DNA of 64,000 bases. Origin: an uncultured Granulosicoccaceae bacterium (lineage in GTDB: Bacteria; Pseudomonadota; Gammaproteobacteria; CALCKW01). The notes under the pieces are model-generated. The model worked only from the letters and a program-made list of their open reading frames with translations, had not been told where the DNA came from and did not search any database. A program made the translations under genes and the position numbers. Positions 21,161 through 31,225 of this stretch are shown piece by piece (position 1 is the first letter of the stretch; every line of letters begins with the position of its first letter). The stretch covers positions 7,099-71,098 of the forward strand of contig CALAMQ010000004.1 in assembly GCA_937925815.1 (NCBI GenBank), read 5' to 3'.

Positions 21161-21823
21161 TCAGCTGCCTGAGGCCACGCGCTTGCGGCTGGCAGACAAT
21201 TCAATGTACCGCTCGCGGTCGGCCGCGTACGAGGCTGAAACGCCGTCGCGCTCGGCTTGCGCACTGTCTACTCGCGACATGAGGTCGGCAAGTTCCAGAT
21301 CCAATGCGGCTTTTTCGACAACCAGCTGCTGCGGCACTGCGAGATTCTTGCGCCGAAAATTGGCCACGCGATCGCCGTTGAGCTCGAGCTTGTCAGTGCA
21401 GTCATTCACGCGGGATTCAAGGTAACGGAGCTTTTGATCCAGCGTCTCAAGCCGATAGTCCCGCGCCTGGTCCAAGGCATTGAGTGACGGAAACGTCTTG
21501 AGCAGTCTGTCATCCCGCTGCGCTTTAAGTTCGAGCAAAGCAGCGGTCTTGGCGCGCTCGCGGTCTTGCTCTTCGCGCTCTTCGCGCTCGGCGTCGGTCA
21601 GAGGGGCATCGACTTCACGCAGTTTCAAACCGCGCCGGTTGAGCTCGACGTGCCCTGATTGCGCCTCTTTGGGTGGCGGGGTCTGCGAATAGATGATGTT
21701 GCCTTCGGAATCGACCCATTTGTACAGGCGTGCGTCGGCCGACGGGCTGGTGAATAACACCATACCCGTTATAAGAGCCATGACGCAGGCTCGGCTAACT
21801 GGACGACGAACAACAACAAACAT
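21161..21823 (-). CDS. DUF4124 domain-containing secreted protein with coiled-coil C-terminal half
   Basis: Signal peptide (MFVVVRRPVSRACVMALITGMVLFTSPSADA) and a DUF4124-like motif LYKWVDSEGNIIYSQTPPP, followed by a charged heptad-rich region (EREEREEQDRERAKTAALLELKAQ...). The ORF track extends to 22078, but the upstream part is unlikely to be coding. Confidence 0.55.
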   Translation of the reverse strand: MFVVVRRPVSRACVMALITGMVLFTSPSADARLYKWVDSEGNIIYSQTPPPKEAQSGHVELNRRGLKLREVDAPLTDAEREEREEQDRERAKTAALLELKAQRDDRLLKTFPSLNALDQARDYRLETLDQKLRYLESRVNDCTDKLELNGDRVANFRRKNLAVPQQLVVEKAALDLELADLMSRVDSAQAERDGVSASYAADRERYIELSASRKRVASGS

Positions 21824-21947
21824 CACGCTTGAGAATTCCACAGCATCTCGCAAGTCCTCCTCGTATCGGCACCGAGAGCAAGACTCTTGAACAGTTGTGA
21901 CACAATCTGACCTCCCGCAAGCCCAAGCCCCGCCGAGAGCAAACGCC

Positions 21948-22727
21948 ATGAGAATCGTGACTTTGAACCTAAACGGCGTGCGGTCAGCAGGCCGAAAAGG
22001 CGTATTTGACTGGTTACTGTCCTGCAATGCCGACTTTGTGTGCCTGCAAGAGGTGCGCGCGCAAGCGGACCAAATCACCGACCCGCTGTACTGGCCAGCT
22101 GGGTACCACTGCGTCTACCACAACCCCGAGCGCAAGGGTTACAGCGGGGTTGCGATCTTTGCCCGTGCCGAACCCACCAAAATAATACGAAACGTCGGCC
22201 ACGACACTTTGGACAACGAAGCCCGCTGGATCGAGTTTCGCTACCCCACGCTATCGGTTGTGTCGCTGTATCTGCCAAGCGGCAGCTCAGGTGATCCAAG
22301 GCAAGCGGTCAAGATGGATTGCCTGGCACACCTAGACGGCCACCTCGCAGCCCTGTCGCGGCGCCGCACCCCGACGGTGATCTGCGGCGACTTCAACATC
22401 GCCCACACCGAGCAAGACATCCGCAACTGGCGTGGCAACCGCAAGAACTCAGGCTTCCTGCCCGAGGAGCGGGCCTGGCTCGACAGCTTGTTTGCGCGCC
22501 GCCGGTGGGTTGACAGCTTCCGCGAACTCGACCAACCCGAGCACAGCTACACCTGGTGGTCGAACCGGGGCCAGGCCTACGCCAACAATGTTGGATGGCG
22601 GCTCGATTACCAAATTGTGACAAAATCGTTGCGTGATGCTGTGCGTACAACCCACATTCACACCGAACCGCGTTTCTCCGACCATGCACCCTACATTGTC
22701 GATTACGACTTCGAGGCCCCGCGATGA
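21948..22727 (+). CDS. xthA: exodeoxyribonuclease III
   Basis: EEP nuclease motifs (MRIVTLNLNG, DFVCLQEV, CGDFNIAH, SDHAP). I place the start at MRIVTL; the ORF track adds 17 aa upstream. Confidence 0.85.
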   Translation: MRIVTLNLNGVRSAGRKGVFDWLLSCNADFVCLQEVRAQADQITDPLYWPAGYHCVYHNPERKGYSGVAIFARAEPTKIIRNVGHDTLDNEARWIEFRYPTLSVVSLYLPSGSSGDPRQAVKMDCLAHLDGHLAALSRRRTPTVICGDFNIAHTEQDIRNWRGNRKNSGFLPEERAWLDSLFARRRWVDSFRELDQPEHSYTWWSNRGQAYANNVGWRLDYQIVTKSLRDAVRTTHIHTEPRFSDHAPYIVDYDFEAPR

Positions 22728-24253
22728 CAACTGACACCCGACTGATGCCCTTGCTTGCACAACACTGGCAGCGCGTACTTGCGCTGTTATTCCTCGGGTT
22801 TTCAGCCGGCCTGCCCATTTTGCTTATCTTCAGCACACTGTCGCTGTGGCTGCGCGAAGCGGGCGTCTCGCGCAGCGCGGTGACCTTTTTCAGTTGGGCG
22901 GCGCTGGGTTACTCGTTTAAGTTTGTCTGGGCACCGCTGGTCGACAAACTGCCTCTGCCGATTCTCAGTCGCTGGCTCGGACGGCGCCGTGCCTGGCTTT
23001 TGCTCTCGCAGGGCGCAATCATTCTCGCCATTCTCGGTATGGCGGCACAAGACCCGGCCTCAGGCGGTCTCGCCGCGCTCGCAGTCGCCGCCGTCGCGCT
23101 TGGCTTTTCCTCGGCCACCCAAGACATTGTGATCGACGCCTACCGCATTGAAATTGGAGACAGCGACGTGCAGGCGCTGCTCTCAGCCACCTACATCGCG
23201 GGCTACCGCATCGGCATGTTGGTCGCAGGCGCGGGCGCGCTCTACCTTGCAGCCGCGCTCGGCACGACTTCGGATGTCTACGTTCACAGCGCTTGGGTGA
23301 CAACCTATCAAGCCATGGCGCTGTGCATGCTGATTGGCGTTGCCACCACGTTCTTTATCACCGAGCCGTCGCGCCCTGGGCTCAACGATGACGGCTATGC
23401 CGCCACCGACTACGCCCGATTTGTTCTGCTATTTGTCTGCATAGTTGCGGCATTTATCGCCTGCTTTTGGGTGCTCAGCACACCACTCGACTCGCTCAAG
23501 TCTGCCTGGCACACCGGCGACAAAGCGAGCGATGGCATCAAGAGTTTCTTGCTTGGCACTGGGCGCATGCTGCTCTCACTGGCCGTGGCACTGAGCGCCG
23601 GGCGGTTGCTTGTGAGATTTGGTGCAGTGCCCAACGAGATGTTGCACACCACCTACATTGCACCCACCACAGACTTCTTCGCACGCTACGGCAAACTTGC
23701 ACTGTGGATTGTGTTGTTGATTGGCACCTACCGCATCGCCGACATTGTCATGGGTGTGATCGCCAACGTCTTCTACCTCGATATGGGCTACACCAAAGAA
23801 AACATTGCGTCTGTCTCCAAGGTTTTCGGCTTGCTCATGACCATTCTCGGCGGATTCCTCGGCGGGATCGCGAGCCTTCGATTTGGCGTCATGCGCATGC
23901 TGTTTGTTGGCGCACTGCTCAGCGCAGTGACCAACCTTGCGTTCATGTGGCTCGCAAACGGCGAACCCAACATCACCAAACTCGCAATCGTGATCGGTTT
24001 TGACAACCTCAGCGCCGGCCTCGCCAGCGCCGCTTTTATTGCCTGGCTCTCAGCATTAACCAACGTGCGTTTCACCGCCACGCAGTACGCGGTGTTCAGC
24101 TCGGTCATGACGCTGTTTCCCAAACTGCTCGGCGGTTACTCGGGCAGCGCAGTTGACGCCTTTGGATACAGCCACTTTTTCCTTGGTTCAGCGCTGCTCG
24201 GCATGCCGGTCCTGGTGCTGATTTACTGGCTCGCAAAACGCCACAGCGTCTGA
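22724..24253 (+). CDS. ampG: AmpG-family muropeptide/MFS permease
   Basis: 509 aa MFS with AmpG-like N-terminus (LLFLGFSAGLPILLIFSTLSLWLREAGVS); ATGA overlap with xthA. Confidence 0.75.
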   Translation: MTTDTRLMPLLAQHWQRVLALLFLGFSAGLPILLIFSTLSLWLREAGVSRSAVTFFSWAALGYSFKFVWAPLVDKLPLPILSRWLGRRRAWLLLSQGAIILAILGMAAQDPASGGLAALAVAAVALGFSSATQDIVIDAYRIEIGDSDVQALLSATYIAGYRIGMLVAGAGALYLAAALGTTSDVYVHSAWVTTYQAMALCMLIGVATTFFITEPSRPGLNDDGYAATDYARFVLLFVCIVAAFIACFWVLSTPLDSLKSAWHTGDKASDGIKSFLLGTGRMLLSLAVALSAGRLLVRFGAVPNEMLHTTYIAPTTDFFARYGKLALWIVLLIGTYRIADIVMGVIANVFYLDMGYTKENIASVSKVFGLLMTILGGFLGGIASLRFGVMRMLFVGALLSAVTNLAFMWLANGEPNITKLAIVIGFDNLSAGLASAAFIAWLSALTNVRFTATQYAVFSSVMTLFPKLLGGYSGSAVDAFGYSHFFLGSALLGMPVLVLIYWLAKRHSV

Positions 24254-24256
24254 GCC

Positions 24257-25132
24257 GTGCGCAGACAAATTGGCCTGTTGTGTGGCGTGTTCGCGAGCGC
24301 GAGTTCGGTGGTGTTTATTCGCGAGAGCGAGGCGCCGCCGATCATGCTCGCAGCCTACCGCTGCCTGATTGCCGCGTTGATTTTGTCACCGCTCGCCTAC
24401 CGGGCGTGGCGCCAGACACAGCCGCGCCTGCGCGACACAATCCTGGCAACAGGCTGGCCCGCGCTGGTGCTCGCGCTGCACTTCATCAGTTGGAATATCG
24501 GCGCGCGCCTGACCCCGGCCGCTAACGCCACGCTGATCGTCTCGCTGGTGCCACTGGCGATGCCGATCGTTTTGTGGGTGATGCTGCGCGAGCGAATTTC
24601 GCACCGCGAGCGCATCGCAACAGCTGTTGCGAGTGCAGGCTTGGTGATTCTCGCCATCACAGACTTTGACGCAAGCCCAGCCTGGCTGCTCGGCGACATG
24701 GTGTGTTTTGGGTCGATGGCGTTGATGGCGGTCTACCTCGTCTACAGCCGCAAGAACGCGGACGGGACGTCACTGTGGCTCTACCTCGTGCCACTCTACG
24801 CCGTGTCAGGCTTGCTCTGTCTCGCCGCCGGCGCCCTGCTCGAGGGCGGCTATTGGCCCAGCTCTGGCTACCAGGGCACACAGTTGCTCGCGATCGCAGT
24901 GGTGCCCATGGTGATTGGGCACTCGATTCTCAACTGGGGCATGCGGGTGTTCAGCGGCCAGCACGTGGCGCTGGTAAACCTGTTGCAGTTTGTGTTTGCA
25001 GGACTGCTCGCATACTGGCTCTACGCCGAGACACCACACTTGTCATTTGTGTTGACTGCAACCACCATCACACTGGCCGCAGCCTGGGTCATCAGCGCGC
25101 GGCAGAGCGAGTCGGCAGCCGCTCAGCGCTGA
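24257..25132 (+). CDS. DMT superfamily (EamA-like) transporter
   Basis: 291 aa with 10 predicted TM helices in two EamA repeats; GTG start. Confidence 0.7.
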   Translation: MRRQIGLLCGVFASASSVVFIRESEAPPIMLAAYRCLIAALILSPLAYRAWRQTQPRLRDTILATGWPALVLALHFISWNIGARLTPAANATLIVSLVPLAMPIVLWVMLRERISHRERIATAVASAGLVILAITDFDASPAWLLGDMVCFGSMALMAVYLVYSRKNADGTSLWLYLVPLYAVSGLLCLAAGALLEGGYWPSSGYQGTQLLAIAVVPMVIGHSILNWGMRVFSGQHVALVNLLQFVFAGLLAYWLYAETPHLSFVLTATTITLAAAWVISARQSESAAAQR

Positions 25133-26064
25133 GCGAGTAACTCCGCGGCAATGGCGACACTCGCGTGTTCGAGGTTGTCGTGGTTGCCACCGCCGATTGG
25201 GCATCTGACGCTCTCAATCCGCGCCTGATCTACGCCACGTTCGCGCAGCGCCGCCTGTAACAGGCTGCGCTTGCGCGCGCTGCCAACCATCCCAAGCGTC
25301 TGTACTTCACCCTGCTGCAACACGCGGTGACACAGATCAATGTCCAGGTTGTGGTCATGCGTCATCACCAACACGTGGCAACACGCCGGCATGCACGACT
25401 CACCGAGCACAAACGCACCGTCGAGTGGCACGGCGTTGGCAGGCCACGCCGCGAGCGACGCCGGCGCTGCGAGCGCCAACCACGCAACACGCAGGGGCGT
25501 GTCCGCCAGACACTCGACCACGCGGTGGGCAAGCACCCCTGCGCCAACAATCAACGCCGTGCGCGCAGGGGCCTCAAAGCGCGCCATATGCGCTTGCATG
25601 CCGCTGGCCTGCACCGAGAGCGGCAAGCTGTCACGGTTGTCATCACGCTGAACCGCCAGAGCCTGTCCTTCAAGATCGAGCGTCGCACCGTGACCGCCGA
25701 GCAGTGCGTGATGCAAGCCGTCGAGCGCAGCCGCGTCGTCAGGTGACAAGCACCGCAATTGCAGGGTAACGGTGTGGTCCGCAGCGGATCCGGCCCAGGG
25801 ATTGAGGGTCACGCCGAGCGTCTGTGGCACGCCACCCGGCGCGCCGTCGAACTGCGCGCGGCAGGCCTCGAGCACGGCCTCTCTCGCAGACCCCAGGTGC
25901 AGCGAGCCATGAACGCCGGATGCGGACACGACTGCCACCGGGCCCACTGGCACTGGCAACAATGGCGGGTGGCGCAAAATGCTGACGAGGACCGCCGTGT
26001 CGCGCGCGGCGATGGCGTGGCGAGCGGCGTCGAGCCAGTGATATGACGGCATTGGCGCGCTCAC
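25123..26064 (-). CDS. XdhC/CoxI-family protein (Rossmann-like accessory/maturation factor)
   Basis: C-terminal XdhC Rossmann domain (ALIVGAGVLA...TLGMVGSARKRSLLQAALRERGV...CPIGGG); 313 aa. Confidence 0.55.
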   Translation of the reverse strand: MSAPMPSYHWLDAARHAIAARDTAVLVSILRHPPLLPVPVGPVAVVSASGVHGSLHLGSAREAVLEACRAQFDGAPGGVPQTLGVTLNPWAGSAADHTVTLQLRCLSPDDAAALDGLHHALLGGHGATLDLEGQALAVQRDDNRDSLPLSVQASGMQAHMARFEAPARTALIVGAGVLAHRVVECLADTPLRVAWLALAAPASLAAWPANAVPLDGAFVLGESCMPACCHVLVMTHDHNLDIDLCHRVLQQGEVQTLGMVGSARKRSLLQAALRERGVDQARIESVRCPIGGGNHDNLEHASVAIAAELLAQR

Positions 26065-26073
26065 CGCTTGGTT

Positions 26074-26490
26074 TCAGTGCAGCGTAATTGGCCCATCGGG
26101 CTGACTGTCATCGAGGGAGTCAAAGGTGTCGCCTTCGCCGTCTTCAAAATCGGGTTCGGCAGAGGCGTGGTGCAGAATCAGGTGCCAGCCCTCATCCGTG
26201 TAGGCGTAGATGTTGGTGGTCAGCATGATGTCCACCAACTCGCCGTCCACTTCAATCTCCTCGCGCACGGTGTGCACCGAGAGGCGATCCTCGCGCAGGC
26301 AGCGCAAGTCCGTGAGCCGAAAACGCAAAGATTCTCCAGACTCGAATATCTGCTGCCAACTGTCGTGGATAATCTCTCGGCCCTCGAGCCGAGGTGCACC
26401 AGGGTGGATGCAGACCACATCATCGCTGCCGGACCACACGTCCATCATCGCGTCGACGTCACGGTTTTCGATGGCAACGTAAAACGCCAT
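26074..26490 (-). CDS. NTF2-like / SnoaL-like (DUF4440-type) small protein
   Basis: 138 aa from the ATG at 26488-26490, which has an AGAGGA RBS 8 nt upstream. Conserved AIENRDVDAMMDVWS...WHLILHH pattern of the NTF2-like fold. The ORF track's start at 26577 is probably an extension. Confidence 0.5.
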   Translation of the reverse strand: MAFYVAIENRDVDAMMDVWSGSDDVVCIHPGAPRLEGREIIHDSWQQIFESGESLRFRLTDLRCLREDRLSVHTVREEIEVDGELVDIMLTTNIYAYTDEGWHLILHHASAEPDFEDGEGDTFDSLDDSQPDGPITLH

Positions 26491-26626
26491 TTCGGCGTCC
26501 TCTGGGGACTTATATTCGGGCAAGACAGGGCTCCTAACGTGAGCGGCAACTATAGCGGAGTTGGTCGTTAAGCGCACTGGACACGCTCGCTCTAAGCGGC
26601 GCGAGCGCAGCCTTCAGACCTTCGGA

Positions 26627-27520
26627 TCAGCCCTGTTTTCGCAAGGTCTCTGGCAGATACGCACTCCAGTCAACCGCGCTCTCGCCGGTGACAAAGAAGT
26701 GCGGGTTGAGCAGGGATTCTTTGGTGTTGTAGCGCAACTCATGCATGGCGGTGTCGGTGATATGCCCCCCCGCCTCTTCAACAATGCACTGCGCCGCCGC
26801 GGTGTCCCACTCAGAGGTGGGTCCGAGCCGGGCGTAGACGTCAGCGCGCCCCTCGGCCACCAGACAGGATTTGAGCGCACTGCCCATTGCCACTTCGTCG
26901 TGCGCGCCGAGTTGATCGAGAAAATATTGCAAATTCGGCCCCGCAACTGGCGCACGGCTGCGCGCAACCGTGACTCGGTCATCGGGCGTCTTGCGGCAGT
27001 GAATTTGCTCGGGCTCAGCGTTGAGCGCCGGCACTTTCCAAGCACCGTTGCCCCGCGTGCCGTAATAGAGCCAGTCCATCACCGGTGCGTAGATCACACC
27101 GAGGCAGGGTTCACCAAAATGCACCAGCGCGATGTTGACGCTGAATTCACCCGAGCCTTTGATAAATTCACGCGTGCCATCGAGCGGGTCGACCAGCCAA
27201 TAGGTGTCCCAGCCGTTGCGCTCGGCAAACGGCACGGCCGCGGCCGACTCTTCTGAGAGCACGGGAATGTTCGGCGTGAGTTGCTCGAGTGCGCAGGAGA
27301 TGTCGCGGTGCGCTTCGAGATCGGCCGTGGTCAACGGCGTCTCATCAGACTTTTCGGTGATTTCGTAATCGCCACGGTAAATCGTGGTGATCACATCACC
27401 GGCATGACGCGCAATCGCGATCACACGCGGCACCAAGCGGTTCAGCTCGTCGGGATCAAAACTGTTTAGCGTCTGACTTGGCGACTCAGCCACGGGAGTT
27501 GGCCCACACTCGACAATCAC
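26627..27520 (-). CDS. cysQ: 3'(2'),5'-bisphosphate nucleotidase
   Basis: Inositol-monophosphatase fold with CysQ-type motifs (WLVDPLDGTREF, DPLDGT). The start codon is uncertain (GTG at 27520 or an internal GTG). Confidence 0.8.
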   Translation of the reverse strand: MIVECGPTPVAESPSQTLNSFDPDELNRLVPRVIAIARHAGDVITTIYRGDYEITEKSDETPLTTADLEAHRDISCALEQLTPNIPVLSEESAAAVPFAERNGWDTYWLVDPLDGTREFIKGSGEFSVNIALVHFGEPCLGVIYAPVMDWLYYGTRGNGAWKVPALNAEPEQIHCRKTPDDRVTVARSRAPVAGPNLQYFLDQLGAHDEVAMGSALKSCLVAEGRADVYARLGPTSEWDTAAAQCIVEEAGGHITDTAMHELRYNTKESLLNPHFFVTGESAVDWSAYLPETLRKQG

Positions 27521-27679
27521 GGTTTGCTACAGCTTGGCACATGGATTCAAAAACAGGGTGGAAATTCACAGCAGTTTTCAACTGTCACCCAATGTATCGG
27601 TCAATCCCAGCATTTTTTGCAGTTTTTTCGAGACCGCAATGTCACGCAAGCCCGCGCGCGTCCCGCTAACGACGGCGAA

Positions 27680-28432
27680 TCAGTTCAACTGTGTGAGGTT
27701 TCCGCTCTCGCGTATGCGGTAGCGGTTGCCCGATTCAGGCGTCGCAATTGAATCAAGTGTGAATTGCACGCCGCGGTCGGCGTCTGGTGATGGCACCGCG
27801 ACAATATCAGTCTGGTAGTCGCCGTTTGGGGCGAGCACCACGGTCCCACTCAAGGCGACGTCACCACCTTGATTTTGCAACACGCCGTGTGTGTCTCCGT
27901 CGCGCTCTTCGAGGGTCAGCGAGATGTCGCCAAGTGACACAGAGATCTGACCGATAACCTGCGACTGAGACCACTGCACGACGCCCGTCACCGGTCCAAA
28001 CTGTTGCTCACCGAGCGTAGCGTCGCTGAGTTCAACGCGCATGTCACCTATGAATTGCAGCACGCCAGGCAACACCAGTTTGTCCAACTGCTGCGCGCGA
28101 CCAGTCACCAGCACCTCACGCAGTGTCAGCACACGGCCTAGCCCAACTGAGGCCCAGCCCGCCCCGTCTACTTCTCCGTCCCAGTCAAAGGTGACGTCGG
28201 CGCCCAGTGCACCGCGCAACAAACTCGTAGGGGTCAGATCCCAGTCGAGATCGAGCATGCCGTTGACGGTGTGCAATCCGAACACCGATCCGCGCGCAAG
28301 CGTGCCGTTAAAACGCTCGCCGTCGCGCAGCATCTCTGGCATCCACGGTTGCACCCGACTCAGCGGCGTTTGCAACAGCAGGGTTGCCAGAAGGGCCAGG
28401 ACAAACAGCACCGCCAATCCAATCAATCGCAC
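27680..28432 (-). CDS. gspN: type II secretion system protein N
   Basis: Last gene of the gspG-N operon; 250 aa with an N-terminal TM anchor; position and size match GspN. Confidence 0.6.
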   Translation of the reverse strand: MRLIGLAVLFVLALLATLLLQTPLSRVQPWMPEMLRDGERFNGTLARGSVFGLHTVNGMLDLDWDLTPTSLLRGALGADVTFDWDGEVDGAGWASVGLGRVLTLREVLVTGRAQQLDKLVLPGVLQFIGDMRVELSDATLGEQQFGPVTGVVQWSQSQVIGQISVSLGDISLTLEERDGDTHGVLQNQGGDVALSGTVVLAPNGDYQTDIVAVPSPDADRGVQFTLDSIATPESGNRYRIRESGNLTQLN

Positions 28433-28433
28433 C

Positions 28434-28928
28434 TCAACGCTCCAGTGATATGCGCGCGCTCACCAATCCCGGCTGCCGGCGGCTGAGGTTGAGTTGGGTC
28501 ACGCGCAGGCCATAGCGCTGCTCGGCCACACCGAGCGCCCGCATCAGATCGTCCATGACAATGTCCGAGAACTGCACGCGGGCGCCGTCTTGGCCAAGCG
28601 GTTCAATGCGGCTCGGCTGACCGAGGCCCGCCTCGCGAAATGTCTGATCAAGTGCGGCAAGCGGGCTTGTATTGCGATCGGCGGCCGACGCCGCGCTGCC
28701 GCCAGATGATTGCAAACTGATGGCCTCACCGGCGGCAACCTGCATGTAACTGATTGACCTCACGTTGCCGTCAACGCGCGCCCGCGTGAGGGTCAAAGTG
28801 TCGACAAACGGGCGGATCGCGAGCAGGTAGAGCGCCAACAACAACAAGGTCACAGCGCAGAGCACGATCAGGATCTGTTCGCGCGGTGCGCGGGCTTGAA
28901 ACATCGCTAAGACATCGCGCGCGGTCAT
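28434..28928 (-). CDS. gspM: type II secretion system protein M
   Basis: 164 aa bitopic protein directly after gspL. Confidence 0.7.
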   Translation of the reverse strand: MTARDVLAMFQARAPREQILIVLCAVTLLLLALYLLAIRPFVDTLTLTRARVDGNVRSISYMQVAAGEAISLQSSGGSAASAADRNTSPLAALDQTFREAGLGQPSRIEPLGQDGARVQFSDIVMDDLMRALGVAEQRYGLRVTQLNLSRRQPGLVSARISLER

Positions 28929-30139
28929 ACCCGAGACTCCAAACGCAAACGTCCACGCACACCGCCCTGCTGCTGGTTGGCCGACTGCACCGTCGCCTGC
29001 ACTGCACCGCTTTGCTCTATCAACGATTTCAGGCGATCGAGCTCTTGCAAACTGGTGACTATCAATTCGACATCGGCGCGGCCCTGGCGGTAGTTGACGC
29101 TGTTGAGCGCCGCTCCAGGCGCGGCGTTGAGCGCCTCACCCAGCACCGCGAGTAAATCAAATACGCCGACCTCACTGCCGGCTTTGAGCGCGCTGAGACG
29201 GCTGCGCATCTGACCGACCGGTTCCTGGACCGTTCGCGCGCTGGGAAAAGCGCGCTGATACAGCGCCACCATCTGCGCGCGCTGGGCAGAATCGGTGGCT
29301 TTGAGTTGATTCAATTCGAACACGCTCGCAACCGCGAGGCACACAACCAAAACCGCCGCCAAAATGGCCGGTACCCGCCAGGGTGTGAGCGCCTTGCCCA
29401 GTTGCTGCTGCGGCCCAAATTCCCCTTGTAGGAGGTTGATACGCGGTGACGCGAGCCCGCGTGCAAAGGCGGCAACAGCCGCCTCAGTTGCGACCCGGTC
29501 AGACAGCAATTTGATTTCGGGTACGTGCAACGAACTGTCGCTGTACCACGTGATCTGCATTGGCGCACTTTCACCAGCCTCCGCCATCATCTTTGGCAGC
29601 AGGGTGTCGAGCAATCCGCGTTGACACCACAGTCCGCGGTGCCGACTCTGGCGGATCAGTGCCGCGTGCTGGTCGAACCAGACTTCCCACTCGTCACTCT
29701 CGCCCAGCGGCAACAGCTGCACGTCCGGCACCACTTCGCGCAACACCATGCCGTGCGCCTGCACGGCGTCAATCACGCGCCGCAGTACCGCTTTGGCGAC
29801 GACGGCCACGGGCACGCCGTCGTCGTTCTCCGCCGGGGCCAAGGCAAAATGCAAGTCCTCGACGTCGTCGGCGAGTTCTTCCTCAAGTGCCCAGGGCAGC
29901 GCGGCGAGTCCGCGGCGCCCACCCGGCACCGTGGCGCGTGTCAGCGTGACAACCGACGCACCGAGCGCGAGGATCACGCGGTAGCCCGACGCGGCTTTCG
30001 CGGCATCGGCGAGCGTACCCATCTCGACAAAGGGCGTATCCCCAAGCGACGGACGCTCTGGGGTGACGCACCAGCTCACAACGACCTCGTCGAGGTCAGC
30101 GACCGGGTCTGCGATGTGTAGGATCAGGATGTCGGGCAC
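28925..30139 (-). CDS. gspL: type II secretion system protein L
   Basis: 404 aa with a cytoplasmic actin-like N-domain, one TM helix (VPAILAAVLVVCLAVASVF) and a periplasmic C-domain. Confidence 0.75.
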   Translation of the reverse strand: MPDILILHIADPVADLDEVVVSWCVTPERPSLGDTPFVEMGTLADAAKAASGYRVILALGASVVTLTRATVPGGRRGLAALPWALEEELADDVEDLHFALAPAENDDGVPVAVVAKAVLRRVIDAVQAHGMVLREVVPDVQLLPLGESDEWEVWFDQHAALIRQSRHRGLWCQRGLLDTLLPKMMAEAGESAPMQITWYSDSSLHVPEIKLLSDRVATEAAVAAFARGLASPRINLLQGEFGPQQQLGKALTPWRVPAILAAVLVVCLAVASVFELNQLKATDSAQRAQMVALYQRAFPSARTVQEPVGQMRSRLSALKAGSEVGVFDLLAVLGEALNAAPGAALNSVNYRQGRADVELIVTSLQELDRLKSLIEQSGAVQATVQSANQQQGGVRGRLRLESRV

Positions 30140-30160
30140 AGGCTCATATCACGGTTAATT

Positions 30161-31225
30161 TCAATTCAGCGCTTGCCAGCGGCGCAATACCGCACTGCGG
30201 CCGTCGTCCGCCCGCTGCAACACACTGTACTGTGTCATAAATGATCCACCGAATTCTATGTCAGCGCGGACCAAGAAGTGTGAGCTTCCGACTGACAACA
30301 AATTTTTGACGGCATCGGGCAGCGCTTGATTCTCACCGTCCACTTCCACGGTGCTCGCCGCCACAAAGTCTTCAACACTCTCGTAGGGGCTGCGGTCTTC
30401 AACGTCCTCGTCGACCGAACCACTCAACGCATCGGCGACATCCACCCCCTCACCGCACTGCGGGTAACGCGTCCAGCCGTCATCTGGCCAACGGTGCAAG
30501 GTGTCGCCGTGCGAGCTGAGGTTGTCACTCAATGCACTGAGCAATTCCGGAGACGCGGTGTTGACGTTGATGAGCGTGCCGCGCGGCAAGGCCACAACAT
30601 AGGGCAGCAAGGTCTCGTAGGCCTCGATGGCGTCCTTGTCACGCCCGTTGAGTCCGTGCACTTGGCGAAGTTCCGTGGTTGAGACCAACGGTCCGTTGGC
30701 CGGCCGGTAGGGCGGATCTTGGGCAACGTAGGTCTCGAGCTCAGCGCCACCGCCCTCAAGCTGGGGTTCGCTATCACTGTCGATCCAATCAACGAGTGCG
30801 CGGGCTATATCGCGGTCGAGCGTGAGCGCGTCGAGCAGGCGCATAAAAACCGCGAGCTGCTCGGTGTCCACAACGCCGTTGGCGTCGACCAAATTGTTGA
30901 CGTTGAAGTGGCCATCGAGGTCGTACACGCAGCCGCTGATAGTGCCACCGGCAACCGGCAGCGGCGGGATACTGATCGCCCAACTGTCTTCGCGCGAGTC
31001 AATTGCATCGTCCTCTGGCGCATCACGTGAGAGCGTGGCGGCGGCAAAGCGTTCAGCGGCAGAAGCAATCGCCGCGGCTTGATCGATGTTTTGATACCCC
31101 TGGAACCGCCGCACCGTCAGGCTCTGGGTGCTCTGCATGTTCACAGCTGAAATGGTGGTGACAGCGACGATACCGAGCACCACCAACATGACCACCCCTG
31201 TTTGCTTTCCAGGACGCTGCATCAT
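30161..31225 (-). CDS. gspK: type II secretion system minor pseudopilin K
   Basis: 354 aa; N-terminal hydrophobic segment (VVMLVVLGIVAVTTISA) lacking the conserved Glu5, as expected for GspK. Confidence 0.75.
   Translation of the reverse strand: MMQRPGKQTGVVMLVVLGIVAVTTISAVNMQSTQSLTVRRFQGYQNIDQAAAIASAAERFAAATLSRDAPEDDAIDSREDSWAISIPPLPVAGGTISGCVYDLDGHFNVNNLVDANGVVDTEQLAVFMRLLDALTLDRDIARALVDWIDSDSEPQLEGGGAELETYVAQDPPYRPANGPLVSTTELRQVHGLNGRDKDAIEAYETLLPYVVALPRGTLINVNTASPELLSALSDNLSSHGDTLHRWPDDGWTRYPQCGEGVDVADALSGSVDEDVEDRSPYESVEDFVAASTVEVDGENQALPDAVKNLLSVGSSHFLVRADIEFGGSFMTQYSVLQRADDGRSAVLRRWQALN

Noticed and set aside
22040-22299. Small ORFs on both strands inside xthA, and similar sub-100-aa ORFs listed throughout the track
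   Set aside because: They sit inside well-supported genes, have low-complexity composition and no motifs. They are standard high-GC noise.
27521-27679. GC-rich self-complementary CGCGCGCG stretch near the gspN stop, as a possible terminator
   Set aside because: On the transcribed minus strand the stem is followed by A-runs and not U-runs, so it is not a convincing intrinsic terminator.
29525-30121. 198-aa plus-strand ORF antisense to gspL
   Set aside because: It lies inside the tightly coupled gsp operon on the other strand. No motifs.
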